Part shown: piece by piece, positions 45,085 to 55,768 of the stretch | Layout: every line of letters begins with the position of its first letter | Numbering within the stretch: position 1 is the first letter of the stretch | NCBI GenBank assembly: GCA_963774265.1 | Contig: CAVZDU010000003.1 | Location: 160,001 to 224,000, forward strand | Origin: an uncultured Chloroflexia bacterium | GTDB lineage: Bacteria > Chloroflexota > Anaerolineae > CG2-30-64-16 | Length of the DNA stretch: 64,000 nt | Reading direction: 5' to 3' | Notes under the pieces: generated by a model | The model's input: the letters and a program-made list of their open reading frames with translations, nothing else | What the model was told of the DNA's origin: nothing | Database searches by the model: none | Program-made: the position numbers and the translations under genes

Positions 45085-47570
45085 CCCTTGCGTCCCCCCA
45101 GCAGGGTGCTCAGAATCACGCGGCCGGCCCCTTTGTCCAGGGGCTGGTTAAAGTTGCCACACTTAGGGCTTTGCACGCAACTCGGGCACCCTCCACTGCA
45201 CGGACAGGCCGTGATCACGTCCAGCGTCGCGCGCCACAGCTCGGGCAGCAGGTCGAATCCCTTCTCTGCGATGCCTACGCCGCCGGGGAACCCATCGTAG
45301 ATGAAGATCTGCGCAGTGTCGGTGTCCGGGTGACGGGGCGTGGAGAGCCCGCCGATGTCCCACCGGTCGCACATTGCGAACAGCGGCAGGATGCCGATTG
45401 CGGCGTGCTCGACCGCGTGGATGCCGCCCAGGAAGTCCATGCCCCGCGCTGCAAGCTGCGCGGGCAGCTCGGGGGACAGGTCCCACCACATCGCCACGGT
45501 CTCGTACTCGGTCATGGGCATGTCCAGCGGCTCCTCACCCAGCACAGTCTCGCTGAAATGCTGGATGCGGCGGTAACCGATCACCCGCGAACGCACCCGC
45601 ACCCGGCCCAGGTAGGCGAGGCCGGCCGGCGTCTCCCGGTGCTTGAGCGAGCGGACGATCCGCACGTCGTTAAGCTCACGAGCCTGGGTGTAATAGTCGA
45701 CCGGCGTCTGCTGCACGACCGCGTGGCGCAGGTCGTAGTTGAACTCGGTCACCAGGTACGAATCTCCCTGGTGCAGGTAGACCGCGCCAGGGTGGACGCG
45801 CTGCGGCGCGGTGGTGGCGCTCAGCTCCTCGATCATCTTGTAGGTGTTGTCCGCATCGAGCACTGCGAAGCGGTCGCCCTCCGCGTCTCGTAAATTGACA
45901 TCCTGCGCCGGGTAGTCGCCCGCGGTGTAGACCCACTTCTCACCGGTGTAGCGGAGCGTCTCGCTCTGTTCAAGTTGCACCATGGCGTCGACAAAGCCGG
46001 AGCCGAACAGCGCCTCGTCGTCCTGCCCGCCTTCGTCTGCGCGCAGCGGCGATTCGTGCGCGGCGCACGGCAGATGGCGCTGAAGGATATAGACGTTGTC
46101 AGGGTCAAGCAGCGCGTTCTCGCTCGGCTTGCCCAGCAGGACATCCGGGTGGCGCATGTAATACTGGTCCAGCGGGTTGTCCAGGGCGATGAGCATCGAG
46201 AGCGCCGCATCGGAGCCGCGTCCTGCGCGGCCCGCTTGCTGCCACATCGACGCGATCGTGCCCGGATATCCGACCAGCAGCGACGCATCCAGCCCGCCCA
46301 CGTCGATGCCCAGCTCCAACGCGGTCGTCGCGGTCACCCCCACCAGCCGGCCCCCGAACAGTTCGCGTTCGATACGCCGGCGGTCCTCCGCCATGTAGCC
46401 GGCACGATACGCCGCGATCCGCTCGGCCAGTTCGGGCCGCGTCTTGCTGAGTTGCTGCCGCGAATAGCGCAGGAGCAGCTCCGCGACCACGCGCGCTCGG
46501 GCGAAGGCGATCGTGCGCACTCCGCCGGAGACCAACTGCGTGAAGAGGTCCGCGGCCTCGTGGTTGGCGCTGCGCCGGCTGGTGCGCGCCTTGTCGATGA
46601 ACGGAGGGTTCCACAGTGCGAAGGTGCGGGGGCCGTGCGGCGATCCGTCGTCCGTGACCACCGTGACCGGCAGTCCCGTGAGCAGGGTGAAATGCTCGCC
46701 CGGGTTGGCGATCGTCGCGGAGGTCGCGATGAACTGGGGCGACACCGCAACGGATGCGCCTCCGGCGCGAAGCGGGTCGACGGATTCATGGCGACTTTCC
46801 ATGGACGATCTGTTGATCCGTTCAGCCCGAAGGGCATCCGTTGCGGCGAACTTTCTTCGCGTGCCCGTGGACCTCAGGATCGATGCGCGCGTGCGACGGG
46901 ATGGGTCCCCGTTCTGGTAGATGGCGCAAACGCGGCGCAAGCGGCGGAGCACGCACGCGACCTGCGAGCCGAAGACCCCCCGGTAGGTGTGCGCCTCGTC
47001 GATGACGACATAACGGAGGTGGCGGAAGAATTCGGCCCACAGCGGGTGGTTGGGGAGGATGCCCGCGTGGAGCATGTCGGGGTTGGTCAGCAGCACGCGT
47101 GCGTTCTTGCGGAGTCGCGGCCGGGCGCCTTGGGGCGTGTCGCCATCGTACGTTGCGGCCAGCGGATTGACGATCCCCTCGCCCGCGGCCTTGATCAGGA
47201 CGTGCCACTTGCCGAGCTGGTCCTGGGCCAGCGCCTTGGTGGGGTAGAGGTAGAGCGCTCGGGCGAGGGGATCGCGCGCCAGCGCCTCCAGCACGGGCAC
47301 GTTGAAGGCCAGCGTCTTGCCCGAAGCGGTCGATGTGGCAACCACTACGTTTTGGCCGGCCAGCACGAGGTTGATCGCCTCAGCCTGGTGCGTGTAGAGG
47401 CGGTCCGAGCCGGTGGCCCCGAGCGCGCGTTGAACCGGCGGGCTCAGTCGTCCGTGCAGATCTGCGTAGCGCGGCGAGCGCGCCGGAAAGGTCTGCGCGT
47501 GGACGATCTGCCCCGCGTAGCCTTTGGTGTGCCGCAGCGTGTTGAGAAAGGCGATCGGGTCGAATGGCAT
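45081..47570 (-). CDS. DEAH-box helicase with DUF1998/MZB zinc domain (MrfA/YprA/Hrq1 family)
   Basis: 'TSTASGKT', 'PTKALAQDQ', 'DEAH', 'ALELGID', 'QQAGRAGR', 'CPC..GCPSC'. Confidence 0.93.
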   Translation of the reverse strand: MPFDPIAFLNTLRHTKGYAGQIVHAQTFPARSPRYADLHGRLSPPVQRALGATGSDRLYTHQAEAINLVLAGQNVVVATSTASGKTLAFNVPVLEALARDPLARALYLYPTKALAQDQLGKWHVLIKAAGEGIVNPLAATYDGDTPQGARPRLRKNARVLLTNPDMLHAGILPNHPLWAEFFRHLRYVVIDEAHTYRGVFGSQVACVLRRLRRVCAIYQNGDPSRRTRASILRSTGTRRKFAATDALRAERINRSSMESRHESVDPLRAGGASVAVSPQFIATSATIANPGEHFTLLTGLPVTVVTDDGSPHGPRTFALWNPPFIDKARTSRRSANHEAADLFTQLVSGGVRTIAFARARVVAELLLRYSRQQLSKTRPELAERIAAYRAGYMAEDRRRIERELFGGRLVGVTATTALELGIDVGGLDASLLVGYPGTIASMWQQAGRAGRGSDAALSMLIALDNPLDQYYMRHPDVLLGKPSENALLDPDNVYILQRHLPCAAHESPLRADEGGQDDEALFGSGFVDAMVQLEQSETLRYTGEKWVYTAGDYPAQDVNLRDAEGDRFAVLDADNTYKMIEELSATTAPQRVHPGAVYLHQGDSYLVTEFNYDLRHAVVQQTPVDYYTQARELNDVRIVRSLKHRETPAGLAYLGRVRVRSRVIGYRRIQHFSETVLGEEPLDMPMTEYETVAMWWDLSPELPAQLAARGMDFLGGIHAVEHAAIGILPLFAMCDRWDIGGLSTPRHPDTDTAQIFIYDGFPGGVGIAEKGFDLLPELWRATLDVITACPCSGGCPSCVQSPKCGNFNQPLDKGAGRVILSTLLGGRKG

Positions 47571-47700
47571 GATAGGCCGTATGAATAGTTCAGGGGTATT
47601 ATATCACGACGCGCAGGATGTCCGCGCCGGGTTCGGGCGCAGGTCTGCGCCCGTGCTATAATCGTGCCCTATCTGCCCATCGAGTAGATCGAGGTCAACC

Positions 47701-49320
47701 ATGAGTTCGCTTCCGACTGTGCAAATGCTGGTTGTCTTCGCCATCCTCGCCCTCGGTTCGTGGCTCGGCAGCCTCTCGTGGCGCGGCGTGTCCCTCGGCA
47801 ACTCCGCAGTCTTCTTCGTTGGCCTGGCGTTCGGCCATTTCGGGATGACCATCCCGAAGCCCGTGATGGATCTGGGCCTCCTGCTCTTCGTCTATGCGGT
47901 CGGACTGCAGGCCGGGCCGCGCTTCTTCCGCACGTTTCGGAGGCAGGGCCGTCAGTTTGTAAGTGTGGCCGCAGTCGCACTGGTGGTTGCGGGGATTGTC
48001 ACCCTCCTGCTCACGCGGCTGCTGAACCTGCCCTACGCCCTGGCTGCCGGGTTGTTCACCGGCGCGTTGACAAGTACGCCCTCGCTGGCCAGCGCGGTTG
48101 ACGCCGTCAGCCGGCTGGACCCGAGCCAGGCCGCTACGGTCTCGGTCGGTTACGGCATTGCGTTTCCGGTCAGCCTTGTGGGCGTGTCCCTCCTGATTCA
48201 GTTCCTGCCGAAGCTGCTGCGGCAGACGATCAGGCAGGCTGATGAGCTCTGGCTGTCGAGCCAGGCCGGCGAGCAGCCTCAACTGGCGAAGAAGCAGTTC
48301 AAGGTGGCGAACGTCAACCTGGACGGGAAGCGACTCGGTGATCTGGAGACGCACCGAGTGAGCCAGGTGAACGTCTCTCGCGTGCTGCAGAAGGGGCAGG
48401 TGGTCGCCGGCACGCCGGACGTAGTGCTCCACATGGGCGACGTTGTGCTGGCAGTGGGCGCGCCGGTGGAGCTGGAGAAGCTGCGGCTGCTCATCGGCGA
48501 AGAGGTGCAGGTCCCCATGCAGGTAAGCGGTCACGCCTCGAGCCGGGAGTTGCAAGTGACGGAGGCCAAGCTGGCCGGCAAGCGCCTGATGGACCTGCAC
48601 GTGTGGGACAGGTACGGGGTGATCATCACGCGCATCCGTCGCGCAGGCGTCGAAATCACCCCGGTGGGCGCCAGCACGCTGGAACTCGGAGATACCCTGC
48701 GCGTCGTGGGCGACGAGCCCGCGCTCGTCCAGTTCAGCCAGCTGGTCGGCCGGGACACGCGCAAGATCGATGAGACCAACATGGTGCCGTTCCTCATCGG
48801 CATCTTCCTCGGCATCGGCGTAGGGCTGATCTCGATCCCGCTCGCCAACGGTATGTCGATCAAACTGGGCGCCGCGGGCGGCGCGCTGCTGGTGAGCTTG
48901 TTGCTGGGGCACTTTGGCCACATCGGTCCGTTCCGCATGTACGTTCCGGTTGCGGCGAGGAACATCTCGCGCGAGTTAGGGCTGATGCTCTTTCTGGGCG
49001 GAGCCGGCGCGAATGCCGGGACGCAGTTGGTGAAGGTGATCAGTGAGGGGAGCGGCGCCTTATTCCTGGCGGGCGCGGCGATCACGCTCACCGCGTTCGC
49101 GGCGACAGTCATCCTCACGCGCCTGGTCTTCCGCATGAACCTGCTGTCGGTCCTGGGCCTGACTGCTGGCGTGATGACCAATGCATCCAGCCTGGCCTCC
49201 GCGGTCAGGCAGTCGGGCACCGATGTGCCTGCGGTGACCTACGCATCGATCTACCCGGTGGTGCTGATCTTCAAGATCCTGTTGGCGCAGATCCTGGTGC
49301 AGGTATTGCGGTTGCTGTAG
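47701..49320 (+). CDS. AspT/YidE/YbjL family transporter with TrkA-C domains (copy 1)
   Basis: 'GLLLFVYAVGLQAGPRFF', 'GALTSTP.L', 'RELGL.LFL', central RCK_C repeats. Confidence 0.9.
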   Translation: MSSLPTVQMLVVFAILALGSWLGSLSWRGVSLGNSAVFFVGLAFGHFGMTIPKPVMDLGLLLFVYAVGLQAGPRFFRTFRRQGRQFVSVAAVALVVAGIVTLLLTRLLNLPYALAAGLFTGALTSTPSLASAVDAVSRLDPSQAATVSVGYGIAFPVSLVGVSLLIQFLPKLLRQTIRQADELWLSSQAGEQPQLAKKQFKVANVNLDGKRLGDLETHRVSQVNVSRVLQKGQVVAGTPDVVLHMGDVVLAVGAPVELEKLRLLIGEEVQVPMQVSGHASSRELQVTEAKLAGKRLMDLHVWDRYGVIITRIRRAGVEITPVGASTLELGDTLRVVGDEPALVQFSQLVGRDTRKIDETNMVPFLIGIFLGIGVGLISIPLANGMSIKLGAAGGALLVSLLLGHFGHIGPFRMYVPVAARNISRELGLMLFLGGAGANAGTQLVKVISEGSGALFLAGAAITLTAFAATVILTRLVFRMNLLSVLGLTAGVMTNASSLASAVRQSGTDVPAVTYASIYPVVLIFKILLAQILVQVLRLL

Positions 49321-49461
49321 GCGCGGTTCGGTGCCGCCCGTACGTTCGAAAATAGCATATATCATTAATTTGGGGGCTTGTATTTTAGAAAAAAATAGTC
49401 TATAATTGCACAGATCATATATTCGGCAGGCCTTTCTAGTTTATGGAGGGGGTGTATCACT

Positions 49462-50178
49462 ATGAAATCGCCGCGTTACGTCGTTGTCTTGAAGTTGACA
49501 GTCGTCCTGCTTCTGCTCGGCGCCATATTGGCGCCGGCCGCATCTGCCGCAGGGGCGGCGGGGACAGGATGTCCTCCTGTCTACTACCGGATCCAGCGAG
49601 GTGACATTCTCGCACGCATCGCTTCGCGCTACGGGGTGTCGATGTGGCAGTTGCAGGAGTGGAACGGGATCCGCAATATCGATCGGATCTATGCTGGCAA
49701 CGTGCTGACCATCTACCCGGCCAGATGCGCCAAGCCCGCGCCCAAACCCGCGCCCTGGCCCGCGCACAAGCCTGCGCCCGCGCCTGCACCGATGATTTCA
49801 CTCCCGTCTGCACCCGTGATCTGGCACCCCTCTGGGCCTGTGACCTGGCCCGGCGGGTGCTGCGCCACACCGCACGCCGAACCGCGCTCGATGATCACAT
49901 CACCCGGTCCGAACGCGCACGTCTGGGGCGCGGTGACGATCACAGGCAGCGCGACGCATGCCAATTTCGCGTATTACAAGCTGGAGGTTGGTGCGGGCTC
50001 CAACCCCAACACCTGGTCCTGGTTTGCGGGTGGTCAGTCGCAGGTCTCATACGGCACCCTGGGAGTGCTCAACACCGGGATCCTGCCGTGTGGTGGCACC
50101 TATACTATCCGCCTGGTCGTTGTCGACACGACCGGCAATTACCCGACGCCGAGCCAGGTGACGATCGTCGTCCGCTGA
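49462..50178 (+). CDS. Secreted LysM protein with Pro-rich linker and C-terminal Ig-like domain
   Basis: 'YRIQRGDIL.RIASRYGVS...LQEWNGI.N.DRIY.G..L.I'; PAP linker; 'ITSP......V.G.V.I.GSA'. Confidence 0.88.
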   Translation: MKSPRYVVVLKLTVVLLLLGAILAPAASAAGAAGTGCPPVYYRIQRGDILARIASRYGVSMWQLQEWNGIRNIDRIYAGNVLTIYPARCAKPAPKPAPWPAHKPAPAPAPMISLPSAPVIWHPSGPVTWPGGCCATPHAEPRSMITSPGPNAHVWGAVTITGSATHANFAYYKLEVGAGSNPNTWSWFAGGQSQVSYGTLGVLNTGILPCGGTYTIRLVVVDTTGNYPTPSQVTIVVR

Positions 50179-50238
50179 CGGGTACTCTATCACTATACGT
50201 ATACCACGAGTATAGTCGATAGCGTGGACTCATTACTA

Positions 50239-50290
50239 TCTACTCTCTCTCCTCTCACCCCCCTTTAGGGGTGAGAGGAGAGAGAGTAGA
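50239..50290. repeat. Perfect 23-bp-stem inverted repeat between convergent genes
   Basis: tctactctctctcctctcacccc-ccttta-ggggtgagaggagagagagtaga. Confidence 0.85.
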
Positions 50291-50462
50291 GTAGAGACGC
50301 CCTGATAACACAACAACAGCGAATGCCGTTGGATGGCTTCCTCCCCGCGGAGCTGTTGACCCGGGCCGGGCTGCGATGGCGGCGACTTCGTCCTGCAGGG
50401 TGCGCTTCCGCTGCCCTTCTCGCCGCTGCCCGGCAAGCGGCAGTTTTTCCCCGGCTAGCCCG

Positions 50463-52601
50463 CTAGCCCGGTTGCCCCGGCTGGGCAGGCCCGATGCGAT
50501 ACGGCCGCATCATCTCGTTATCCTCGTGCTCGACGATGTGGCAGTGCCAGACAAACTGGCCGGGCTGCTTGAACTGCACGCGGACGCGGGTGACCTCGCC
50601 CGGATAGGCAATGACCGTATCCTTGTAGCCGTTCTCCCACGGCTCGGGCGCCCTTGGCGCTGACCCGGAAACCAGCTCCACCATCCTGTCCGCCTCGTTC
50701 ACAAAGATCGTCTGTCGGTCCACAACCTCAAAAAGCACCTCGTGGATGTGCATAGGATGGGCATCGGCGGTGGCGTTGTAAAGCTCCCACACCTCAATCG
50801 CGCCGACAGCAGGATTCTCGGTGATCGGATCCGCCCACATATGCATCATCCATGCACTAGGGTCGGCGGCCGGATTGCCCATGACCGTGCCTAGCATCGC
50901 CGCTGCTGGCGCATCCGCGAAGTACATCGACATCTCTTCGATCAGCGCCAGCCGTCGCACTACCCCGCCGGTCAGAGGCACGATTGGCGGAAGTTGCAGG
51001 AATTGCGGTGGCGTGGTCGGATCTGGGGCCACTGCCGCGACGACCCTGAACTGCAACACCTGCCCGGTGGTGTCCAGGTCGGACACCGGGAAGCCCACAC
51101 CTGGGACGCCCCCGCCGTAGGGCTCGTCCGGGCCGATATTGCCCAGGATATGGTTGCCTGGCAGCACATTGGTGAAATCCACGATGACGTCCGCGCGTTC
51201 GGCCGGGCTCATGAGCAGCTTGCCCCCATTGAGGGCGGTCATGTTGACGGGTGCGGCCAGAAAACCACCCTCGTTGCCGATCTGCCACACCTCCACGCCC
51301 GGGATGCTGCTGAAGTCCAGGATCAGGAAGCGCGCGTCGCAGCCATTGAGGAAGCGGAAGCGATACCGCCGCTGCTCGACGGTCTGAAACGGCCAGGTGT
51401 TGCCGTTGACCATGATCGTGTTGCCGAAGAATTCCGGGTTCCAGATTGGCGAGATATCGGTTTGTGGGATGTACGGCCCGTCGATACCGTCAAAGAAGGC
51501 GCGGCTGTCCGGGTAGAAGAGTGAACCGTCGGCGTTAAACGAACGGTCCTGCACCGCGATGGGGATCTCGTAGTACGTCTTGTTCGACGGGAATTTGTCC
51601 CCCTCCTTAGGTGCGGGACCGGGCAGCACGGCCGCGGCGCCGGTGCGGGTGTCGAGAACCGCACCATCGCCTGCAGGACCGCCGCGGATCAAAAAGAACC
51701 CGGCGGGACCGGCATAGACATTGACGCGCGTCATGCCCAAGGTGTGGTCGTGATACCAGACAGTCGAGGCGCGCTGGCTGTTCGGGTATTGGAACACTGC
51801 AGTGCCCGGTGCCCACGCCGACTCGCCAGGCGCCACATAACCCTTTGAAGTCGCCTTGCCCTTGAAGAAATCGTACCAGGTCCCCTCGGGGGCATAGCCC
51901 GCCGGGATATTGTTGGCGGCCGGCAGGTACCACGCCTCGGCGTATCCATCGCTCTCGTCGCCGACACCGGCTGCACCATGGACATGCGTCACCATCGGGA
52001 CGGGACCGGTGTAAGGGCCGGGCGTAGAGGCAAATTCCGGTCGTGTGTCACGATCTGCGACGCCTCCCGGCGGGTTGGCCCAGTGCAGGGTCGGATCCAC
52101 CGGCAGCAGGTGGTAAAGAAAGTTGCCGCTGGAGTCAACCAGTTCGTTGATCCATTTGACGCGCACCGGCGTATTCCACTTTGCTTCGATGGTGAGCGAC
52201 GGTGCATTGTGCACCAGCAGCCCCTTCTTGCTGGCCGCCCTGACCGCGCCGTACCCCCAAACGGTCGTCACCGGCATTCCCTGGGGAAGAATCTGCTGAT
52301 CAAATTGCCTGACCGAAATCTCATAGTAGTCGACGTTCTTGCCGCCCCTCTGCTTGATCGTGCCGGCCTTCGGCATGACCGGTGGGATCAGGAGCGGCGT
52401 CATGAATTTCGGGATGTCTAGGGGTACCAGCGAGCCGCCCGGGATCTGGGCCAGGGCGCGTTTGGAGGCGCGGCGGGCCCGCCGCCGCACTTGCCCCGCT
52501 GCCGGGCCGGCGAGTGCACGTTCGAGGTCAATCCTGCCGACCAGGAACAAGCCTGCGCCGGCGGCCAGGGAGTACTTGATAAAGTTTCGTCTGCTCGTCA
52601 T
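50463..52601 (-). CDS. Tat-exported multicopper oxidase (CotA/bilirubin oxidase-like)
   Basis: 'SRRNFIK' Tat motif; 'HVHG', 'WYHDH', 'HPMHIH', 'WHCHIVEHEDNEMM'. Confidence 0.93.
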   Translation of the reverse strand: MTSRRNFIKYSLAAGAGLFLVGRIDLERALAGPAAGQVRRRARRASKRALAQIPGGSLVPLDIPKFMTPLLIPPVMPKAGTIKQRGGKNVDYYEISVRQFDQQILPQGMPVTTVWGYGAVRAASKKGLLVHNAPSLTIEAKWNTPVRVKWINELVDSSGNFLYHLLPVDPTLHWANPPGGVADRDTRPEFASTPGPYTGPVPMVTHVHGAAGVGDESDGYAEAWYLPAANNIPAGYAPEGTWYDFFKGKATSKGYVAPGESAWAPGTAVFQYPNSQRASTVWYHDHTLGMTRVNVYAGPAGFFLIRGGPAGDGAVLDTRTGAAAVLPGPAPKEGDKFPSNKTYYEIPIAVQDRSFNADGSLFYPDSRAFFDGIDGPYIPQTDISPIWNPEFFGNTIMVNGNTWPFQTVEQRRYRFRFLNGCDARFLILDFSSIPGVEVWQIGNEGGFLAAPVNMTALNGGKLLMSPAERADVIVDFTNVLPGNHILGNIGPDEPYGGGVPGVGFPVSDLDTTGQVLQFRVVAAVAPDPTTPPQFLQLPPIVPLTGGVVRRLALIEEMSMYFADAPAAAMLGTVMGNPAADPSAWMMHMWADPITENPAVGAIEVWELYNATADAHPMHIHEVLFEVVDRQTIFVNEADRMVELVSGSAPRAPEPWENGYKDTVIAYPGEVTRVRVQFKQPGQFVWHCHIVEHEDNEMMRPYRIGPAQPGQPG

Positions 52602-52839
52602 GGTGGGTCCTCCATCTTCGGGTCGGCGAATCAATCTGACAATAGTACAACTTACATAGTACAAATATCTAACAAGTGACAACGTAATATTGACTACAAT
52701 AGATTCCCTTGAGAAAGTTGTGCAAGTAATGCACAATTGGACCGCGGCCGGGTCTTTGTAGTGCTGGTTCACACGCCCCATGCTATAATTCAATCTGTCC
52801 TGTAGACCCATTGAATTTGTGTTTCACACAGAGGCAGAT

Positions 52840-54453
52840 ATGAGCTCACTCTTCGCCGAGCAGATGCTCGTCCTCTTCGCGATCCTTGCCATCGGCTCGT
52901 GGCTCGGAGGTCTAACCTGGCGCGGCGTGTCCCTTGGCACAGCCGCTGTGTTTTTTGTCGGTTTGGCGTTCGGCCACTTCGGGCTGACCATTCCCAAGCC
53001 GGTGATGGACCTGGGCCTGCTGCTCTTCGTCTATGCGGTTGGCCTGCAGGCCGGCCCGCGCTTCTTCCGTACTTTCAAGAAGCAGGGCCGCGAGTTCGTG
53101 ATTGTGTCCCTGGCCGCGCTCCTGGCCGCGGGCATTGTAACCGTGCTGCTGGCGCGGCTGCTGGGCTATTCCTATGCGCTGGCCGCGGGCATGTTCACCG
53201 GCGCGGTGACGAACACCCCCGCGCTGGCCGGCGCGATCGACGCCGTCGGCCGACTGGATTCGGAGCAGGCCGCCACGGTCTCGGTCGGCTACGGCATCGC
53301 GTACCCGTTCAGTATTGTGGGCGTGACAATTCTGGTCTCGTTCCTGCCCAAGATACTGCGCCGGCCGGTGAAACAGGCCGAGGAAGACTGGCTGGCGAGC
53401 CAGGCAGGCGAGCAACCTCTGCTGGTCAAGAAGCAGTTCAAGATCACGAACGACAACCTGGAGGGCAAGCGGCTGGGTAATTTAGACACCCACCGGGTCA
53501 GCCAGGTGAACGTCTCGCGCATCCAGCAGAAGGGGAAGGTGGTGACAGGCACGCCGGACGTCGTGCTCCATGTGGGCGACATCTTACTGGCGGTGGGTAC
53601 GGAGACAGAGCTGGAGAAGCTGCGGCTGCTCATCGGCGATGAGGTGCAAGTCCAGATGGAGCCCAGCACGCAGACCGTCACCCGCGAGATGCACGTCACC
53701 GAGTCGAAGCTGGCCGGCAAGCGCCTGATGGACCTGCGCGTGTGGGATAACTACGCGGTTGTTATCACGCGCATCCGCCGCGCGGGCGTCGAGCTTGCGC
53801 CGGTGGGCACCAGCACGCTGGAGTTCGGCGATACTCTGCGGGTCGTCGGTGACGCGACGGTGGTTGATGAGTTCGCCCGCCTGGTCAGCGGGGACGCGCG
53901 CAAGATCGATGAGACCAACATGGTGCCGTTCCTTATCGGCATCCTGCTCGGCATCCTCGTAGGGCAGATTGCGATTCCGCTGGTGAATGGGATGTCGATC
54001 AAACTGGGCACCGTGGGCGGCGCGCTCATCGTGAGCCTGCTGCTGGGCCACTTTGGCCGGGTCGGTCCGTTCCGCATGTACGTCCCTGTCGCGGCCAGGA
54101 ACATTTCGCGCGAGCTAGGGCTGATGCTCTTCTTGGGCGGTGCGGGCGCAAATGCCGGCACGCAATTGGCCAAGGTGGTTCAGGCGCAGGGCGCCGGTGT
54201 CTTCCTGGCAGGAGCCGCGATCACCCTCACCGCCACGTGCGTCACCATCATTGTGACGCACCTGATCTTCAGGATGAACCTGCTTTCGGTGATCGGCCTG
54301 ACCGCTGGTGTGATGACGAATCCCCCGGCCCTGGCCGCCGCCGAAAACCAGACGACGACCGGTGTGCCCGCGGTGACCTACGCCAGCGCATTTCCGGTCG
54401 TGTTGATTTTCAAGATCGTGCTCGCGCAGATCCTCGTGCAGCTGCTGCGGTGA
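52840..54453 (+). CDS. AspT/YidE/YbjL family transporter with TrkA-C domains (copy 2)
   Basis: Same motifs as, and closely paralogous to, 47701..49320. Confidence 0.9.
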   Translation: MSSLFAEQMLVLFAILAIGSWLGGLTWRGVSLGTAAVFFVGLAFGHFGLTIPKPVMDLGLLLFVYAVGLQAGPRFFRTFKKQGREFVIVSLAALLAAGIVTVLLARLLGYSYALAAGMFTGAVTNTPALAGAIDAVGRLDSEQAATVSVGYGIAYPFSIVGVTILVSFLPKILRRPVKQAEEDWLASQAGEQPLLVKKQFKITNDNLEGKRLGNLDTHRVSQVNVSRIQQKGKVVTGTPDVVLHVGDILLAVGTETELEKLRLLIGDEVQVQMEPSTQTVTREMHVTESKLAGKRLMDLRVWDNYAVVITRIRRAGVELAPVGTSTLEFGDTLRVVGDATVVDEFARLVSGDARKIDETNMVPFLIGILLGILVGQIAIPLVNGMSIKLGTVGGALIVSLLLGHFGRVGPFRMYVPVAARNISRELGLMLFLGGAGANAGTQLAKVVQAQGAGVFLAGAAITLTATCVTIIVTHLIFRMNLLSVIGLTAGVMTNPPALAAAENQTTTGVPAVTYASAFPVVLIFKIVLAQILVQLLR

Positions 54454-54500
54454 CTGTGACTCCGAAAACGGGGGAATCTGTTGCCTAAGATTTGGACCCC

Positions 54501-55759
54501 TCAGCCCTCCTGGCTGTCGACCTCCCGGATCAACTCACCAGCATATTGAAGCAGGAGCTGGCCGCGTGCGGGGGCGACGCTGCGCGTTTCCAGATAACGC
54601 TCGAGCATTTGGGCGGGGGTGAGCGCCTCGACGGAGATGCCGCCGAGCGGGTCGCGCGACCGGCGCCGGACGTCGCGTTGGATCGCAGCGATGTCGTACG
54701 CGTCCCTCAAGGCAAGCTTGATCTCCCGGTCGACCAGCCGTGCCTCCTGTGCTTCGTCGAGCACAATTCGCAGCCGCACGACCGTCTGCGAAAGATCGCC
54801 GGCCGCCGCGATGCGCTCGGCAACCAACGCGGTGGGATCCTGGGAGTCGCGCACGTCGACCTCGATCGTGCGGAACGGCCGGGCTGGTCGACGATGCTTT
54901 TCCTGGAAATGCCAGATCGTCTGCACCTCGCCGATAGTCGCGACGACCCACCCTTTAGGTTCTTGTTCCTCGCCGAAGTCGATGCGTTCGATGCTGCCGC
55001 TGTAGATGATGGGCGGCTGCTGGTCGCGGTTCAGGCTTTGGTGCTTGTGGATGTGGCCCAGCGCGACGTAACGCCAGACCGGGTCGGCCAGGCTGCGCCC
55101 CGATCGACCGCCACATCGCGGCCCATCATGATGTTGTGTTCCGACCCGTGGCTGGCCTCGTTGACGCTGAAATGACCCACGAGGATGGCCGGCGTCTCCT
55201 TATCCAGCCGCGCCTGGTCAGCCAGGGCCATGATGCGGCTGGTCAGCCGTTCGCTCAGCAGCCGGTCCAGCTCGTCCAGGCTCTTGCCCTCGCCCTCCTC
55301 CCGCGGAATGTGGTCCTGGCGCAGCGGGTACGGCGCAGTCGCGACTTGCAGGCGCTGGCCGCGGCGGCAGGTGATGGTCCGCAGCGCGTAGTCGGCCCCG
55401 ACGTAGACGTTGGGCACGCTCAGCGTATCGAAAATGCTGATCGATGTGGCGCGCCGTTGCACCGGCGGCAAATCGTGGTTGCCCACGAGCAGCACTACAG
55501 GCATGCCCGCGTCCGCAAGGCGCTTGATGCGTCGCGCGAACTCCCGCTGGAAGGTCGGATTGGGATCGCGCGTCTTGTACACGTCGCCCGCGAAGACGAA
55601 CAGATCGACGTCCTGCTCGATGGCATAGTCGATCATATCGGTGAGCCGCCGCAGGAAGTCCATCACCCGACCATTGATGCCCGTTTCAGGGTCCATCCGG
55701 CCGTAATTTTCCATGCCGATGTGGAGGTCGGCGGTGTGGAGGAGCTTGATGGGTTGCAT
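54501..55759 (-). CDS. sbcD: SbcD/Mre11 nuclease (apparent frameshifts)
   Basis: 'LHTADLHIG', 'FAGD', 'GNHD', 'ALGHIH', 'YSGSIERIDFGE'. Confidence 0.92.
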
Positions 55760-55768
55760 GTCTCTCTC

